A stretch of DNA of 64,000 nucleotides, from the NCBI RefSeq assembly GCF_018350175.1, contig NC_058368.1:58592001-58656000 (forward strand), in the 5' to 3' direction. How positions within the stretch are numbered: position 1 is the stretch's first letter; every line of letters starts with the position of its first letter. This stretch comes from Felis catus. Lineage: Eukaryota. The translations under genes and the position numbers were made by a program. The notes under the pieces were generated by a model. The model searched no databases and had not been told where the DNA came from. It was given only the letters and a program-made list of their open reading frames with translations. Shown here piece by piece: positions 61,451-64,000 of this stretch.

Positions 61451-63788
61451 GTAACTCATTTTTCTAAATCTAGATGGTAACTGAAGGCAAAAAGTAAGCA
61501 TGTGAAGAGCATAAACGTTCGCCTTTGAAACTCTGCCATGTCTTATACATTTGCAAACCTAAACCCTTATGTCTGTGAAAGGAGTAGAAACAAGGGATCC
61601 TCTGAACCACAGTAAGAAAGTCTCCAAAATCTTATTTTGGAATGTGGATAATGTGGGTAATTCTGTTTGAAAGCCAATTATAAAAGTGGATAACCAGGAA
61701 AGGACTAATAACAAGTGTGTTTAGATTTGCTTTGCTCTGCTATAGGCTTCAGTGTTAATAATATTGAATAGCAGTTTGGAGTGAGACACAGCAATGTGCT
61801 TTGGTATCTTTGTGCTTGCAATGTACTTGCTTCACTTGAATTAGTTGACTTCATCATTTTGCAACACTTGAATCAAATATTAACATGACACAAGCGTTAA
61901 ACAGTGACAGTGTTTAACTGAAGAGAACAAACCTTTCAGTGTCCTTCCTCTTCAGTTCTAGAAGTTAATAGATGGATCCTCAGAAGACGAGCAGAAAAAT
62001 AGAATGGATTATAGAGGATAAAGGTGAAACTTGTGTGCACATTCTTATGGGAACTTAATTTCTCTGAAGACAGATGGGAAATTTCTTTCAAATTACCTTT
62101 TCTGTAAAAAACATCATTTTTACCAAGGAAAAGGAATGTTTAGTTCTGATGACCATGGAAACAACACACATCTAATTTCAAGTTTAGATAGGGGAGTTAA
62201 TGGATGAGATTCAAGTATAAAAATCAAACCTTTTATTTCCTTGCTTAAATGATAATAGCACCCAGGAGATGGCATTCCTTAGATAAATAACCCTTTCCTT
62301 TATGATGCAATAAATATATTTGTTTTATTTTAGTAAGTTAGATTTTGTATTTAAGTAAGTATTTCAGAATGTCTATTTTTCTGCACAGTTGTTTCCCATG
62401 TTGACTTCCTCTTGAAGCTAGTAATGTTTTTATAGAATTCCATACTCTAGGATCATCTTGCTTCCACAAATTCATTTTTCAAATGTTTATGCCCTTCATA
62501 AGGAATTTGATTCCTTTTCTCCCATTATTAAGAAAAACATTGATTCTGAAGTTAAATCTAAAAGATAAAATTATCAAATGACATTTCATGTGTTTATATC
62601 CTTAATACTGCAGCCCCCTCCTTTCCTGAGGGGAAGGAGAGGATACAGTATGATCTAATAGAACAATTACAGGCTTAAGAATTCTGACATTTAAAACTAA
62701 AATAGGAACAGACCAAGAGGGTCTTAATGTTCCTGCCTCATGGGCAGGATGCTTTGGAAGAGGGAGAAAGAAGGGGCAGAGGAGGAGGGAGAAAGGGGGA
62801 GAGAGAAGGGGAGAGAGCTGTTGTGTTGAATGATATAATTGAAAACACATTATATAAATTTTAACCTTGCTTTCTCTCCCTGTGGTGAATGTCTTATATC
62901 TCTAAGGCATGTGTCCAATATACTGTCTTGATTTGGATATACAATTTTAAGTGGATAAAGAGGCACAAATTACTGAATGAGGAAACCCAATTGGAGAGAC
63001 AAGATTGGTAGAGAAATGAGGAAAGGAGATTATACTTTCAGCTTGGGAATTATTTACCTCTAAAAAATTTTTAAGTAAATATCTTTGTTGTTAGTAAAAT
63101 CTCAACATTTAACTGCTTTTGTAACTAGACTTCTATCTTTTAGTTGTGCCTTAAACACTGTAGGTAAAGATAACGTCATCATCATCATCATTACCATCAT
63201 ATCAGATTTTCTTTTCATTCCTGCCTAAAAAGATAACTATTGTAAAAATGCAGATTAAGAAAATCAAATCTATCAAAAGTTAAGCTAATTTTTTAAATGT
63301 ACATTGGTAGAGTAAAACTGCAGACATGAGATTCAAAAGTCATTCTCCTCTCCTGGTGAGTCAGAAGATTATAAAACAGGATGTTGGGTTAATCCAACCC
63401 TCAAACACAAAATTAGACTCCAAAACAAGACTGGGCAAGAGAGGAAGTGCCTTGCTCAACGGCAAACCAAAACTAGCAGAAGCTTGATCTTTAAGAAAAC
63501 AATTCAAGAAAAGCTTCCCTAAGGGTAAGATGTAAAACTATGCAAGTCAGAAAAAAGTATCAAAAGTTTTGAAAATTGGAAAGCTCTTTATTAGTGACCC
63601 TAATGGTTTGGATTGTTTAGTATTTATTTTGAAAAAAAAAAGTAAAAATTGGAGTGAGACTTGATGGAATTTTCTCTCAGCTGTATAATAATCTCTAAAG
63701 ATGAACTTTAGAGATTTAATTTATGATGCTTGAATACCATACACATTTATAGATCTACGTATTTCATGTCAATAGAAATTCAAGACTT

Positions 63789-63846
63789 GGGCAGGGAGTC
63801 TGCCTCTTTCTCTCTCCCTCAAAATAAATAAATAAACATTTAAAAA
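63789..63846 (+). mobile_element. CanSINE 3' fragment
   Basis: GCAGGGAGTCTGC, CT tract and AAAATAAATAAATAAA tail. Confidence 0.7.
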
Positions 63847-64000
63847 TAAGGTAAAATTGCTTTATTACTAATTAAAAAATGACATAAGAGGGAACGTTCA
63901 GGTGAATCTCTGATTCATGAAAAATAAATGTATGTTTTTCATGGTACGAATTACTTAATTAAAAAAAACACAACAAATTATGTGTTCCTGTATGAAAATA

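Noticed and set aside
1..64000. CRISPR arrays, operons or other prokaryotic systems
   Set aside because: The sequence is mammalian; short direct repeats occur only as pairs or microsatellites, without repeat-spacer periodicity.

Overview
AT-rich, repeat-dense mammalian DNA from a felid, judged by the many tRNA-derived CanSINE (SINEC_Fc-type) copies and carnivore L1 3' ends. I see no host protein-coding gene, RNA gene or CpG island; the supplied ORFs come from SINEs, microsatellites, an L1 fragment or chance. Ordinary content: about 25 CanSINEs of several ages, young and old L1 pieces, L2/MIR relics, MaLR and ERV solo LTRs, and Tigger- and hAT-type DNA transposon relics. The main result is a very decayed endogenous retrovirus at ~37.7-42.4 kb that the ORF track largely misses. 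Reading across frameshifts and stops gives ERV-L-like (class III) RT, RNase H and integrase motifs in order, then a gamma-type env (SU and TM motifs), a polypurine tract and a structurally complete 3' LTR. A MIR appears to sit inside its RT, which suggests a very old insertion. Also present: a recent ~290-335 bp tandem duplication, a dispersed ~150 bp duplication, template-switch-like scars, nested and inverted SINE pairs, and candidate enhancer islands. Repeat family names and protein consensus comparisons come from my memory of the consensus sequences, not from a database search.
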